62,682 bases of DNA from Chara braunii (taxonomy: Eukaryota; Plantae; Charophyceae): positions 3,850,160 to 3,912,841 of the forward strand of contig BFEA01000004.1 in the NCBI GenBank assembly GCA_003427395.1, written 5' to 3'. Below the pieces are notes generated by a model. It made no database searches. It saw nothing but the letters and a program-made list of their open reading frames with translations, and was not told where the DNA came from. Of this stretch, positions 1 through 12,289 are shown piece after piece. Positions within the stretch are counted from its first letter, which is position 1. Each line of letters opens with the position of its first letter. A program made the position numbers and the translations under genes.

Positions 1-360
1 CACTTACCGCTGCTGATGAGATCAGCTGCAAACACTTACCGCTGCTGATGAGACCAACTTCAATCACTTGCCGCTATTGATGGGACCAGCTGCAGCTTCT
101 TACGNCTGTTGATGGGTCCTGCTGAACGAGAGTGGATATAGAGGGCAATAATTGGGGCTCTCATCGCTAGGTAAGGCAATCAAGNATCCTTGCNGAGGCG
201 TNTGTTGATCAACCAATTAAGTATTCCCGCTGCGAGCGGGGCCAGTCTCAACCGCAGTCGAGGCAATCAAGTATCGTCGCTGTGACACCTGTTGGTCAGC
301 CAATTAAGTATACCCGNTGCGAGCGGGACCAGTCGCTGCTGCAATTTGAGCAATTTGGAC
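1..360. repeat. Degenerate tandem repeats (~32-bp CACTTACCGCTGCTGATGAGA.. units, then CCCGCTGCGAGCGGG units), probably the 3' region of an LTR retroelement
   Basis: Units visible at 1, 34 and ~65. Their reverse complement GATCTCATCAGCAGCGG resembles the repeat core GATCTCATCATCAGCGG at 61861-62195. Confidence 0.6.
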
Positions 361-585
361 CAGACAGTGAAGAAAGTAAGAGGTAAGTACCAGGACGCAA
401 TTGTGGGTCGGGCTCATATTATATGGGCGACTGTATGCGGACTCACACAGTCAGGGGGAGTGGACCCCTGCGTATGATTGAAGCTTAATTTTTATTAATA
501 TTATTTATATTTTGATTTATTGTATTTTGAATTTGAAGCAACTGGCGGTGCCTGACGAGAGTAACGAAACGCCCTCGTGCACAGG

Positions 586-617
<32 letters not shown>

Positions 618-1372
618 CCACTTTCATGTATCTGGCCAGGACAACATCCAGGCGCATTTAAATATGACTGGGGAGTGAGAAAGAGGTTGGATGAGAGAAG
701 GGGAGAGAGAGGACTCAGGGCAGCGTGTGTGATCAAGTGGGTATGAGAGTGAGATGGTGCGTGCGCGAGTGTGTGTGTGAGGGAGGGAAAGTGAAAGGGA
801 GAGAGACGAAACTGAGGAGAAGAACAGCAGCAATCTGAGCTAACTGATGGCTTACTGCAGGAGAATATTTCAGCTAACTTTTTGACATGGTCTCGGTAGA
901 ACGTCCGTCATTTTTCACACACAACACGAATTCAAGATCAGTTTCGACCCGCCTCAAGGGGACTTCAAAACTGATGTTTTGACCGTTGGGATTCCCTGCT
1001 CAACAAAGTTCAGGCATCATCCAGGCACGAGGCGCGATCGTGATTTCTACTTGGTGACGGTGCTTGTCTGATAATATTTCAGGAAAGCCCTCATATACCG
1101 ATGGAGTACAAGGGGCAGAATATGCCCCGGCAGAATATGCCCCTGATTTCAAGGGCTACTCTAGCTCATTGCAGCTAATCCCAAAATACAATCAGTTTTT
1201 CCTGAAAATCTGAGTTCTTTCAGGAGCAGCATTGGGCGAGGGCTCGGTCCCGACCTCTGGACTGCAGACCTGGGGAAAATTTTTCATTACTAAATGCCTT
1301 CCGTCCAATTACTCTCTCATCTCCGCATGCAATAAGAGTTTTCAAATTCACTTTTCAAGGGGGACCGTGACA
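361..1372 (+). mobile_element. Probable LTR or LTR 3' part ending ...AAGGGGGACCGTGACA
   Basis: Ty3/gypsy-like LTR terminus (GTGACA) at 1367-1372; (GA)n tracts inside; no PBS follows. The 5' boundary is not resolved. Confidence 0.4.
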
Positions 1373-1498
1373 GGCACAACAAACCCCACTCCCCTGCTGC
1401 GTCACTGAGGACCTCTGATGCGGACACGGCGGGTGACAGACGCCGCTGTCCTTGGCTTCAGCGACGAGCAGGGCCCCTCCCCGGGTTTCCTCACAACG
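1373..1498 (+). mobile_element. LTR terminal fragment of the same family as the LTR terminus at 60788
   Basis: The reverse complement (CGTTGTGAGGAAACCCGGGGAGGGGC...CGCTGAAGCCA...CGGCGTCTGTCAC...GAGGTCCTC) aligns with 60788-60885 (TGTTGGGAGAAAACCCGGGGAGGGGC...CGCTGAAGCCA...CGGCGCCTGTCAC...GAGGTCCTC). Confidence 0.6.
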
Positions 1499-1504
1499 TT
1501 AGAT

Positions 1505-1990
1505 ACCATCTAGTTCTTCTTGTTGATGTGACTTACCGTTAGACCATTCAGCTTAGAAATAATGTCCAGTTGTCAGTTCACATGTAAATATAAATAAAGT
1601 ATTTTCCGTTATACTCAGATTACACTTATGTGCGTGGCTTTAAACTAAATCATTCTGCTTAGAAACAATGTTTAACCCTCCACCAAAATCCTTCCTTAGA
1701 AATAAAATAAAGAACTGAACCATTCTGCTTAGAAATAATGTTCAATTTATCTCAAATCACTCAAAACATGAAGTTGGATCTTTCAACTCAACCTCAGTCA
1801 GAAACCTCAAAAGAAATTGACAGAGAAAACTATTCTGTTTAGAAATTATACTTGGTCTCAAGATGGGTCAGGCAAACCCTCAGAAATAAACACAGCAACC
1901 AGACCATTCTGCTTATAAATAATGTCTGGTCCTTTAGAAAACAACCAATAAAACATAGCAGTGGGCCCTTCTGCTTATAAACAATGCCCA
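1505..1990 (-). repeat. Array of a ~20-bp motif CATTCTGCTTAGAAA(C/T)AATG with variable spacers
   Basis: Copies near 1546, 1651, 1721, 1831, 1904 and 1968. Confidence 0.8.
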
Positions 1991-2527
1991 ATCTTTGGTT
2001 GACCCCGTCAAACGCATGCAAAACTGCTTTCCTCCCACCTTCCCCCCAGTTCATCCCTCAGTATGCTTTCAGTCACAATAAGAAGAAACTTAAGCTTTAC
2101 ACACGCATTCCTTCCACTTAGTCTGATCAGGTCCTGAAAAGAAATAAAGTCATAGGGGAACACATGCATATAACAGTCAAACTAGAGGGAGATAGTCAAA
2201 CAAGGAAGTAGTGGGTTCTTACAGTTAGAAGGAGGTATACCTGATAATTCCCTGCCTCCAGAACCTTGCCTAGGTTCTGACAGAACTTCCTCAATCGGTG
2301 GGTCAACCTCCCATAGAGGTCTTGGCACGGATTACGGGTTGCAATTCTGCCTACCACCTTCCTTTCAAAACGAATAGACTAGATTTAGAGTAAGAAGGGC
2401 AGAGGGAGAGAGTTTTAGTCTCTTAGATTCAGGAGAGGTGCACTCTGACTCACGTGAGAAGACCTTGAATTCTTCAGACACCCGAGGACCCCACAATGAC
2501 GTCCAAAGTCCAGAATAGCTTGGTCAA

Positions 2528-3690
2528 CCTGAAATCCAACTTTCAGTTGTTGACTCCCTAACAAACCTTCCAATTTGCAGCAATCCTTACAGGTCACTTT
2601 CAGCCGCTTCATGTCCCCACCTGAAACTCCTGAAATGACCTTAAGTGGTTGAACCTTCTGAAAGGGGTTTTAGGTACCCCCATCCAAATGGTTGGATGGG
2701 TGTACCTAAAACCCCTTTCAGAGGCTTCAACCACTTCAGGTCTTTACTGNNNNNNNNNNNNNNNNNNNNNNNNNGGTCTTTACTGCGGTTTCAGATCCCC
2801 ACCTGAAACTCCTGAAATGACCTGAACTGCTTGAAGCTTCTGAAAGGGGTTTTAGGTACCCCCATCCAACCATTTGGATGGTTCCCCTATCAAACCATTT
2901 GGATGGGGGGACATGAAACCCCTTTCAGAGGCTTCAACCACTTCAGGTCATTATTGCGGTTTCAGGTCCCCTCCTGAAATTCCTGAAATGACCTGAAGTG
3001 GCTGAAGCTTCTCAAAGGGGTTTCAGGTACCCTCATCCAACCATTTGGATGGGGGTACCTGAAACCCCTTTCAGAAGCTTCAACCACTCAAGGTCATTAC
3101 GGCGGTTTCAGGTCCCCATCAGAAATTCCTAAAATTACCTGAAGTGGTTGAAGCTTCTGAAAGGGGTTTCAGTTTCCCCCACCCAAATGGTTGGATGGGG
3201 GTACCTAAAACCCCTTTCATAGGCTTCAGCCACTTCAGGTTATTATTGAGGTTTCAGATCCGCACCTGAATTCCCAAAACAACCTGAACTGGCTGAAGCT
3301 TCTGAAAAGGGTTTCAGGTACCCCCATCCAACCATTTGGATGGGGGTACATGAAACCCCTTTCAGAAGCTTCAGCCACTTCAGGTCATTACGGTGGTTTC
3401 AGGTCCCCACCTGAAATTCCTGAAATGACCTGAAGTGGTTGAAGCTTCTGAAAGGGGTTTTAGGTCCCCCCATCAAAATGGTTGGATGGGGGGACTTGAA
3501 ACCCCTTTCAGAAGCTTCAGCCACTTCGTGTCATTTTAGGTGACACACAGCAACGTTAAACAAAAAAAAAAAAAGGCAAAAAAAAACCCTCATAAAACTT
3601 GTCCTCCAAACCACCCGAAATTTCTGAAATAACCTTAAGTGTCTTCAAACCATTTCATCGGTTTCAAACCACTTCAGAATCTTTCATTTT
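2528..3690. repeat. Tandem satellite, ~146-bp unit, each unit containing a palindrome with ~55-bp arms
   Basis: TGACCTGAAGTGGTTGAAGCTTCTGAAAGGGGTTTCAGGTACCCCCATCCAA-loop-reverse complement. Loop centres at 2688, 2870, 3041, 3187, 3332 and 3478. Confidence 0.9.
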
Positions 3691-5499
3691 GAAATTTTAG
3701 GTGCTCGTTAACCGTGAGTGAGTACTTGCGGTATGAAACACGCTGACCCCAACTCAAGACATAGGTTGTGAGCCATAAACTCTGTCTCCTCTCTCTATGG
3801 CTCTCTCCTCGCTCCAGCACTCCAAATGAAGTAAACAACTCACGACCTGCAGGTAAGCTTGTTGTCTCGTGGCCACTCCCCAGCTCCACCACCCAACAAC
3901 GAGCGGCGCAACGGCCAACCGTTTTGTCTACAGTCCCCTGTGGCTGATTTCACTCCACGTTACTTCAGTGGAACGAGCAAAGCCCTGACCTCGAGGCAAG
4001 TTTGCAGCTTCGCAACTCTGTCTTTCAATAGGATAAGCAGCTCACCGGTCAACGGGTGAGTCTGTAGCTTCGTAGCTCGCTCCCTTGTTGTTCTGCTTGG
4101 TAGGATGTGCAACGTACCCCCCAAGATGCATGCCTGTATCCCCGCGGCCAACCAACTGCCGCTTCAACCAACAAGATGGGCAACGTTCATGCCAACAGGT
4201 AGTCCTCAAGCCTACTCTGTCTTCCTGCTGTTCCAACAGGCGGGGCGGGTGGGATATCGGCTACCAAGTAAGTCTTCGCTCTTGCAACTCGCCTTCGGCC
4301 ACTCTGTGTGCTGATGCGGGCCACACACCAACCCACAGGTAAGTATCCTGATCACAACCCACAATACTTTTGTGCCTCCTCCAAGCAAAAACAGTAAATC
4401 ACCTGTTGGACATGGGCAGATTCTGTCGTGCCGAAAACTACCGATTCCAACATTGCGACCAGGTAAGTTCCACTCTCCCACGTGCCCAACAACCCGTGCC
4501 GCCGAAACACCTGCTACTCTATAAGTGTTTCCCCGCTTGAAGCTCATACTCCTTACATACTGATTTCCGATTGCAGCCTCGTCAGATACGGGAGATCTCA
4601 AGGCAGCTCAGTCGAAACGAGCGTCACTGCATACTTAGGCGTCGGCACGACAGTGCTTACTATTGAGACAAAAGGAAAAACAAAATCTTAGCGGAAATAA
4701 TCACCAGGAGGCCGACTCTGATGACGAGGGTGATCATCGGGGCTAGAAGGACTTTGGCCAGTCACGGGCTACTCTGGGATCGCAACAGGCAGAGCCCCTA
4801 TGACAAACGCAACTGTGCACGTGAGGATGAGAAAACCCAACCACCGTTCACGAAGATAAACGAACACTCGGTCTTGCTGCTTGTATCAATTTTCACTTTG
4901 AGGTGTCCGGGTTAGTGGGCAAAATTAACGCAATAAAGGATGAAGGTGACGACGAAGCAGATGGTCAGAGACGAAGTAAGATCACGGGAGGAAAGAAATG
5001 GAGGAATGGATCTGGAAGGAATTGGCACCAAATACATTCAATAGAGAAGATCGCGGCGCATGAGTATGGCGGAGGGGAAAATCGTCCAGTTCACTCGATA
5101 CTCAACGGAAACGAGTGAACCGAAAGTCAAAGTTAGGGTTAGTGGCTATGGCGAATCCAGTAGTGAAGTCAGATTTGAAGGATAGTAGTTAGTTTTAACT
5201 GCAGCAAGAAAAGGAGGTGCGCGGAGATAAAGAGAGCGGGGATATGGCAGAAACGAGAAACCAATATTTCGCTCGATTCCTAATGGAATCAAGCAACGTA
5301 AAGTAATAGACCGGGTTTTTTTGGCCTTGTGAATTGATTAGTGAAGTCAGTCTTTTTGGTTTTTTTTTTTTCCGTTTAGATTTTGGAGTTTGTGGTTCAT
5401 TTTTGTGATACAGCGGTAAAAGGTTGCGCAACGGGACTTACGTCGATTGGGATTGTTATAATAAACTCGTTGTTCGCCTATGGATGTCCTCATCACGCG

Positions 5500-6783
5500 T
5501 GTCCGCGCGGCTGTGCGCCTGATCCTAACCGTGCCCGGGTGTGCACGCGCCGTTGTGCCCCCGATCCCAACCGTGCACGGGTGTGCGCGTGTGTGTGCGC
5601 GCAGCTGTGGGCCTGATCCCGTCCGTCCGCAGGTGCGCGCGCGTGTCCGCGCCCGACTGTGTGCCTGATCCTGACCGTGCGCAGATGTTTGTCCGCATGT
5701 GCGCGGCCTCCCGTTCCGAGCGCAGGGATGTGTTCGTGTGCGCGCCCGTGCCCATGGCGAGTGAGTGCGGCCACCCGCGTGTGTGCCCCTGCGCCTTGCT
5801 GGCGTGCTCGACCGTGCGCGTGTGCGCCCCACTGGCACGCTTACCTCTCCTGTGCATACGCCTGATCGCTCCCTCTCCGTGCGTGTTCCAGTCCACTAGC
5901 AAGCTAGCCCCCCCGGGCCAGCTTCGTGCGCTCCTATAAGTGCATCTCCCCTCCTTCCGTGCGTGCGAAAAAAAAAAACCATCCTCAAGCCCTTTTCAGC
6001 TTTTATACTTTGCATCCTCCTCTGTCTCAGTCCTCCACACCCCGGGGACTAGTCCCAAGTTGCAGCGCCCCGGTACCGGACCTGCGCTGAGCCGATTTGG
6101 GCCCCCGAAAGGTTTTTGACGAAGGGGGTCTTTTTGTCGGGAACTGGGCCTTTTGCAGCGCCTTGGTACCGAGGCTATTTCCGAGCCTGATCCCGGGCCT
6201 ACTGGGCCTAGGTGGTCCCTACACACGAGAGGCCTCGGTTCCCTTTGGAAACACCTCGCAGGGCCCATCCGAAATTCACGCCCGGTAGGCCCACTTCCGA
6301 GCCTTAGGCCCGTGGCCACTTTTCCTTGGCGGCAAGCGTCCTAAAAAGGAGCGGTACCATATTTATCGCCGCACACTCGTCCCTCTGTCCACTTAATCGA
6401 GATAATTTCTTAGAACGTTGTCGCTTGGAATGCCCCGAACTTGCGCCAATAGCCCGACGCCATTTTTCCCTTGGCTTTTTGCCGACCCTTGGTGCAACTC
6501 TGACTCCTCGAGGTCGTGCCCTTCGTCCCGAGCCCTTGACAATCCCGCTGCGGTAGTCTTTTTATGCCCCATCAGCAGCTTACGCCTGTATTCCCTAGGC
6601 AAGAATGTCCCTTTCAATGTTCAATGTCCCATTCCTTGCAGATGTCGCAGACCGGTACTCGTGGTGTCGTTCTGCTGTCATAACTTCCGGATCCCGGCCC
6701 CGATCCCTGTCAGTAAAGTAAGTGAGCGTCAAGGGTCCTTATCAAGGGAGTAAAGAGCGGCATAAGGTTGGAGCCGCCCGACA
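5500..6783 (+). mobile_element. Solo LTR, 1284 bp, GC/CpG-rich
   Basis: Begins TGTCCG and ends CCGACA. Perfect 5-bp TSD ACGCG at 5495-5499 and 6784-6788. Absent from sister copy A2. Confidence 0.85.
5935..5940 (+). promoter_or_regulatory. Candidate TATA box of the solo LTR
   Basis: CTCCTATAAG lies downstream of a GTGCGC-rich CpG island and upstream of a pyrimidine-rich tract, as expected at a U3/R junction. Confidence 0.4.
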
Positions 6784-7599
6784 ACGCGCTCTGATGGTAA
6801 GAGTCAGTAGTAATACCCTTCAGCCGAGAGGTCGATGGGTCGATTGGGTCAGTATTGTGTCCAGTAGATCTACGACACACACACTAAGATTTAATCGTCG
6901 GTATGTTAGTCAGAATAAATTAATATGTGCCCCGACCGTACGGCCGAAACAATTAAAAGTTGTGTGATCACAAGGTTGCAGTATCGCTTGAATTGCTAGC
7001 ACTTGCTCGAGCAGTACCACAGGCCTTACTTATATTCCGCAACCTGGTGTTGAAGCTACTCCTCGGCCTCCCATATGTAGAAAGGGATTTGCCTCTTGGA
7101 CTGTGACTTCCTTACGTGCGGTGGCACGAGCAACTAATGTCTTTATTCGTGTATGGAGGGATATACCGTTGCAAGCTTTGATATCGTCCGCACAGGATCT
7201 AGAATTAGGCTACTTGAACTGGTACCCTCCTATCTACCGGTACTGGGCGGCTAAAAGTGCCAACTTTTGTCTTCTTCTGCTCGACCCTAAGTACCAGGCG
7301 CATCTACCTTTGCTTGGTGTGATACCGGCCTACCTGCTACTTGATTGTTTTTCTGCTGCCACATGCCTCTTTCCCCGCCACTTGAGTATTTTCCCCGCCG
7401 CAACCCTCAATGTCACGGTTACAGGTAAGTACCGGTGCTTCGGGCCTTCCAATCAACTAAGGGCCCTTGCGGGTCACACACACACTCGAGTGGACAAGCA
7501 CTCAAACAGGAATGCGGACCGACAAGCACTCATGCCACTAGGCGGACTGAGCCCCACTTCTCTACATATACCTGAGTTGCTCCTTTTCCATCCGAAGTA

Positions 7600-7684
7600 G
7601 GAGCTAACATAGTGGGTTTCAATGCGGATTGAGGATCGGGTGACTCAGGGATCGAATCCAACCCCGAGCTAGCTCCTTTTTTTT
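7600..7684 (+). ncRNA. tRNA-derived Pol III-like unit inside LTR A1 (more degenerate than the A2 copy)
   Basis: A-box-like TAACATAGTGGG, B-box-like GGATCGAATCC, complementary ends and a T8 tract. Confidence 0.4.
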
Positions 7685-8499
7685 ACAAGGAGCTCCACTA
7701 TCGTTTCGCCCCGCATACGACCGGACGGGGCTTGAACCCATGACCTTGGTTTCACAGATTAGATACAGTTAGAGCCCGTTGTGACAATTGGCACAACAGG
7801 GTAGTTAGTAACTAGATTCAGTTCTTTTAATTTTCTTATTTTCTTTGGCTAGTTAGATTCGCTTCTTTTTAAGTTTTTAATTATTTATTTTATTTTCTTC
7901 GTAACTGCTCCTTGAGAGATCACTTGAATGTATCCGCCTCTGAAATCAAGGCCGATTCATTCAAGTGGCTCATAAAGGCCATGAATCCAAGCCATGGTCG
8001 TGGAGGTAGGCGGACCGCTCTCGGTACTGCGGCGCCACATCATGGAAACTTGCAACGGTGCAAAAAGCGAGGCGCAACGAGGACAGGGAGAGACACTTCG
8101 AGGGAAAGCAAAAAGGAGAGTCACGCAGAGAGGTAGCACACGCGAGCTAGGAGGAAGATAGTGTCGCAAAGAGGAGAGGAAAGGAGAAGGAAGAAGAAGA
8201 AGAACCAGAAGAAAAAGAGAAAAGAGGAGAAGGGCGACTTTCTTACATATTGAATATGCGTTGTGTCGGTCGTATCCGTGCGTGTCGAAGATCTCGGTAT
8301 GCTGCACTTCACGATGGATCGAGGTGCGCTGTGGAGTGGGGAGCAGCGATCTGACGATGACGACGAACTGACGACGACGACGATGAAAATGAGAGAACAG
8401 GTAAGTCTTCAATCATGCGGCTTACCTCATGGTACTTCCAACAATAGGATGAGATTGATCGAATGAATCTACTGCTAGAACATGGAAATATACACTACG

Positions 8500-9450
8500 A
8501 CTATGTATGTGTGTGTGTGTGTATGTGTATGTGAGTATGTACCTTTGTGTGTGCATCAGAAACAAACAGACAGACAAACAAAAAGACAGACAGACAGACG
8601 AAGACAATCAAACTGTGACACACACAATGAAGCACACACAGTGTCAGACACAGTCACATAGTCACACAGTGACACATACACGAGTGACACAGTGACACAT
8701 ACACGAGTGACACAGTGACACATACACGAGTGACACAGTGACACATACACGAGTGACACAGTGACACACATTGAAACACACGCATACACAGTGGAACGGA
8801 GACAGACACTAAGACACACGCATACACAATGGAACAGAGACAGACACCGTGACACGCATAGACACAGTGGAACAGACAGTGACAGTGAAACACATAGTGA
8901 AACACAGTGCACAGACACACAGTGCGTAGTCACATACACAGTCGCACACACACAGACAAAGTGACATACAGTGACACTGTGACACACACGGAAACGCACA
9001 GGCAGACAATGCACTGTTACACACACAGACACTGTGACACTCATACAGACACTGTGACACTTACACAGACACGATGACACATACACAAATACAGAGGTGC
9101 GCCATGTCACACAGATGTACAGTGACACACTCATAGCGACACATACACTGTAACACATACAAGGGCACTGTGAAACATAAAACATACATACACAGATACT
9201 ATGACAAACATACACAGATGTTGTGACAAACACAAACAGATGTTGTGACACAAATATATATTGTGACACACAGATGTTGTGACAAAGACAGATGTTGTGA
9301 CACACATAGACAGATGTTGTGACACACAGACACTGTGACACAGTCACGGTGACACACTCACAAAGATACACAGTGACACTCATACAGCCACTGTGACGTA
9401 CACAAAGACACACAGTGCACTGTGACCCACACGGGGGAAGACACATACAA
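8500..9450. repeat. (TG)n and CA-rich minisatellite (GTGACACA.. units) inside LTR A1
   Basis: Low-complexity ACAGTGACAC repeats; homologue at 22670-23560. Confidence 0.9.
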
Positions 9451-10439
9451 AGAGAGTTCTACAGAGAGAGAAATAAAGAGAAAGAAAGAAAGTGATACGT
9501 ACCTATGTGTGCAAACGGTCGGCTAAGGTGTTAACATCATGTACATTGGTCTACGAGAGTAGAAGTGAGCCTGTTGTGTGAACACAGTTGTAGGTGGGAT
9601 AGTATAGTTGAGTAGGTTGGGCCACTGGGCGCCAGATAGAGAGGGGCTACGCTGGATACTGCGTTGGTGTGGCCTGAGGACTTGAACATTGGCTCAAGAG
9701 TTTATTGTATTGCTCTTATTTGGATGGAATCTCGGTACATTTCTGCTCCCTGCTTGTACGTGACTACTTTGACACCTGTGTGATTTCGCACCTCGACTTC
9801 CAGTATATCATTCTCACTCATATTCCTTGCATATATGTCTTTCATATTTTATTTATTTATTTATTTATTATTTTATTGTAGTCGTGAGTTGGCCGAAAAT
9901 CGATGTGCCATGGGTAAGCGGTGTTGTCCGCAACCGATTGGGTGAGCGGGGTGCAGTGAATAGCCAATCAAGTGAACGGACACTGTGCACAACGAATCGA
10001 GTGAGACAATACGGTGCGCAGTTCATCTGCCATGATCTGACAGAAAGGGACTGGAATGACTAACTGTTGCTGAAAAACATAGGGAGAACGAAAAGTTTCA
10101 TGAAACTATCTCGCTATGTGAGTGTTTTTTTTTTTTTGGGATGTAATCGCAAGGGAATGGAGTCCGTGCAATTTTGCCTTGCTCAATAGACCACCTGACA
10201 TTGATAAAGCGGGGTTCACAGTGGATTGAAGGATTGTGCGTGCAATTGGTCGAAGTACTTTGAAAGTGGATAACATCAACTAACTCTTGCCCTACAGTTG
10301 ATTAAAGCCTGCATCTTCTCAAAGTCCTAAACTAACACAGTTTGGAGATCAGGCGAAAGACTTTTGAGATGTGGGGAACAAGTTTCGTATGGTCTACCCG
10401 CATCAGCTTAAAGACTTCTGAATGATTAAGGGTTTGAGA

Positions 10440-11230
10440 AAAAGCGATAGGAGGAGCGAGGCCCCAAGAGGCCTGCCCTATTGCTATAATGGCACAAATA
10501 AGGAAGGATGGTAATAAGTGAAGCGAGGCTCCGAGAAGCCTGCCTTATTTAGCGCAAGTAAGCGATAGGAGGAGCGAGGCCGTAAGGCCTGCCCTATCAC
10601 AGTAAGATGGCCCAAGTAAGGGAGGTGGTGACACAAGCAGTTATCAGGTAGCTGAAAATTCAGTAATGAAAATTCTGAAGTGAGAGTTTTTGAAAGTCTG
10701 AAAATCCTTAATGATCCTGAAGTGGTGAAAGGTCCGAAGACCCTGAAAACCACCTGTTTAGGCAGGCTGCATCCTGAAGTGGTGAAGGGTGTCCTGAAGT
10801 GGTCGAGTGAGAGTTTTGGGCAGAGTCTGAAAATCCTGAATGGTCATGAAGTGATGAAAGGTCCGAAGACCATGAAAACCGCCCTTCACCACTTGAGGAT
10901 GTAGACTGCCTAAGCAGGTGGTTTTCAGGGTTTTCAGAGCTTTCACCACTTCAGGACCATTCACGATTTTCAGCCATGAATGGTCCTGAAGTGGTGAAAG
11001 GTGTCCTAAAGTTGTGAAGGCACCTGTTTAGGCAGGCTGCATCCTGAAGTGGTGAAGGGTGTCCTGAAGTGGTGATAAAAAATACGACCGTTGTTAACCT
11101 TCTCTCGATGGTGATAAGAGAAGTGAGGCTCTATGAAGCCTGTCTTCTTGACCGTCAGCCGTGCACCAAACGGAGATAGGAGAAGCGAGATCCCATGAGG
11201 TCTCCCCTATCACGACCAGACGCTCAATAA
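10440..11230 (+). repeat. Motif array GATAGGAGGAGCGAGGC...GCCTGCCCTAT of LTR subfamily A
   Basis: About 6-7 degenerate ~60-bp units. An uninterrupted version lies at 24590-24900. Confidence 0.7.
10632..11108 (+). mobile_element. 477-bp insertion made of CTGAAGTGGTGAA repeats
   Basis: Absent from copy A2. Flanked by duplicated TGGTGA (10626-10631, 11109-11114). Homologous to 34114-34580. Confidence 0.75.
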
Positions 11231-12201
11231 GATGAAGATCCCTTGTGATCTATCCTTCTATGACAACTCTTATGAAGATCCCGCAAAAGACTCACAAACT
11301 AACAATATTTATTTTCTGATTCTACTGAGGTAGAGGTAGAAGGAATGTGGTCCCGTGTGACCTGTTTTGCTACCTTAACCTAGTGATTGACGTCAAATCT
11401 TATGATTCTACTTCGTATGAGATTGAAGATATTTTGTCTGTGCATGTCTGAAGGGGAAAGTTTTGGCGATGTTAGCTCTATACTTTCTTTCTTTAAACGA
11501 CTATCTCTAGAAGCTGATCTGATAAGAAGTTAGAGAGGCTACCTAGAGGAAGTTATGTCGATGTAGTATATTTCCGACTAAAATGAAGTTCACTATATTG
11601 AACTTCAGATAAGGTCGTATCGATAGCAAAGAGGTGTTGAGACCATGTGGACCTGTGTCATTGTAGGTCATCTTAATCAAGAAGACTCAGTATGAGTCTA
11701 TACAAGACTACATGTTGTTGCCTTATGATAACACGTTGGTTCGTCAACTTAACCCTCACTCACCCTCAACACCCACACTTTGCATCGACTGTTGCACTGA
11801 AAGGCATTTCTGATTTTCGGGTTATTGTCTAAAAGGTCTGTGTTTGGTCAAAAGGGGTCCTTAAAATAGTTGAAGTTAAATTTGGATGAATAACTAGTCG
11901 AAAAGGGGGATGTCTTACTGAAAGGTTGGAAATGTAAGTGTAATGTGGGTAAAAGTGAATAAATGGTTGACTCCGTTAGAATAGTGTAATGTATTTGGAT
12001 TTGTTTGCAGGTCAATAAAACGACCAGCCATGGTATTCACTGCAACCCATTGAGAAACTTACGCTATTCTGGGCCTTGATCCAGACATTTCGTCAAACGC
12101 GCGATTTAATACACTTGGTTTGAGTACCCAACCTTGTACTTTTCCCTGATTATTAAGCAGATTAGGCGAAAAACCTTATTCATTTTATATTAATTTCATC
12201 T

Positions 12202-12252
12202 GACGTATGGTTCCATGTTCTAGCAGAAGATTCATTCCTTTTTTTCGTTGTT

Positions 12253-12289
<37 letters not shown>

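Larger units (their letters stand above)
1499..3860 (-). mobile_element. Fragment of a giant-LTR family member (minus strand), interrupted by the hairpin satellite
   Basis: 2100-2520 is the reverse complement of a block homologous to 27930-28350 and 54290-54720. 1500-2000 carries the same motif array as 28440-28980 in opposite orientation. Confidence 0.65.

Noticed and set aside
545-590. Hammerhead ribozyme core CTGACGA-G..C-GAAAC
   Set aside because: No matching stem III/NUH cleavage site or stem I partner; the sequence runs into (GA)n.
6787-6798. GCTCTGATGGT as a reverse tRNA-Met PBS
   Set aside because: It lacks the TGGTATCAGAGC match and an adjacent LTR end in that orientation.
7103-7600. 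165-aa ORF with a counterpart at 21313-21711
   Set aside because: Differences between the two LTR copies in this frame are largely non-synonymous and no domain is recognisable.
8556-9446. 296-aa Cys/Val-rich ORF and similar ORFs at 22800-23540, 5347-5939 and 29360-34100
   Set aside because: These are translations of microsatellite or satellite DNA.
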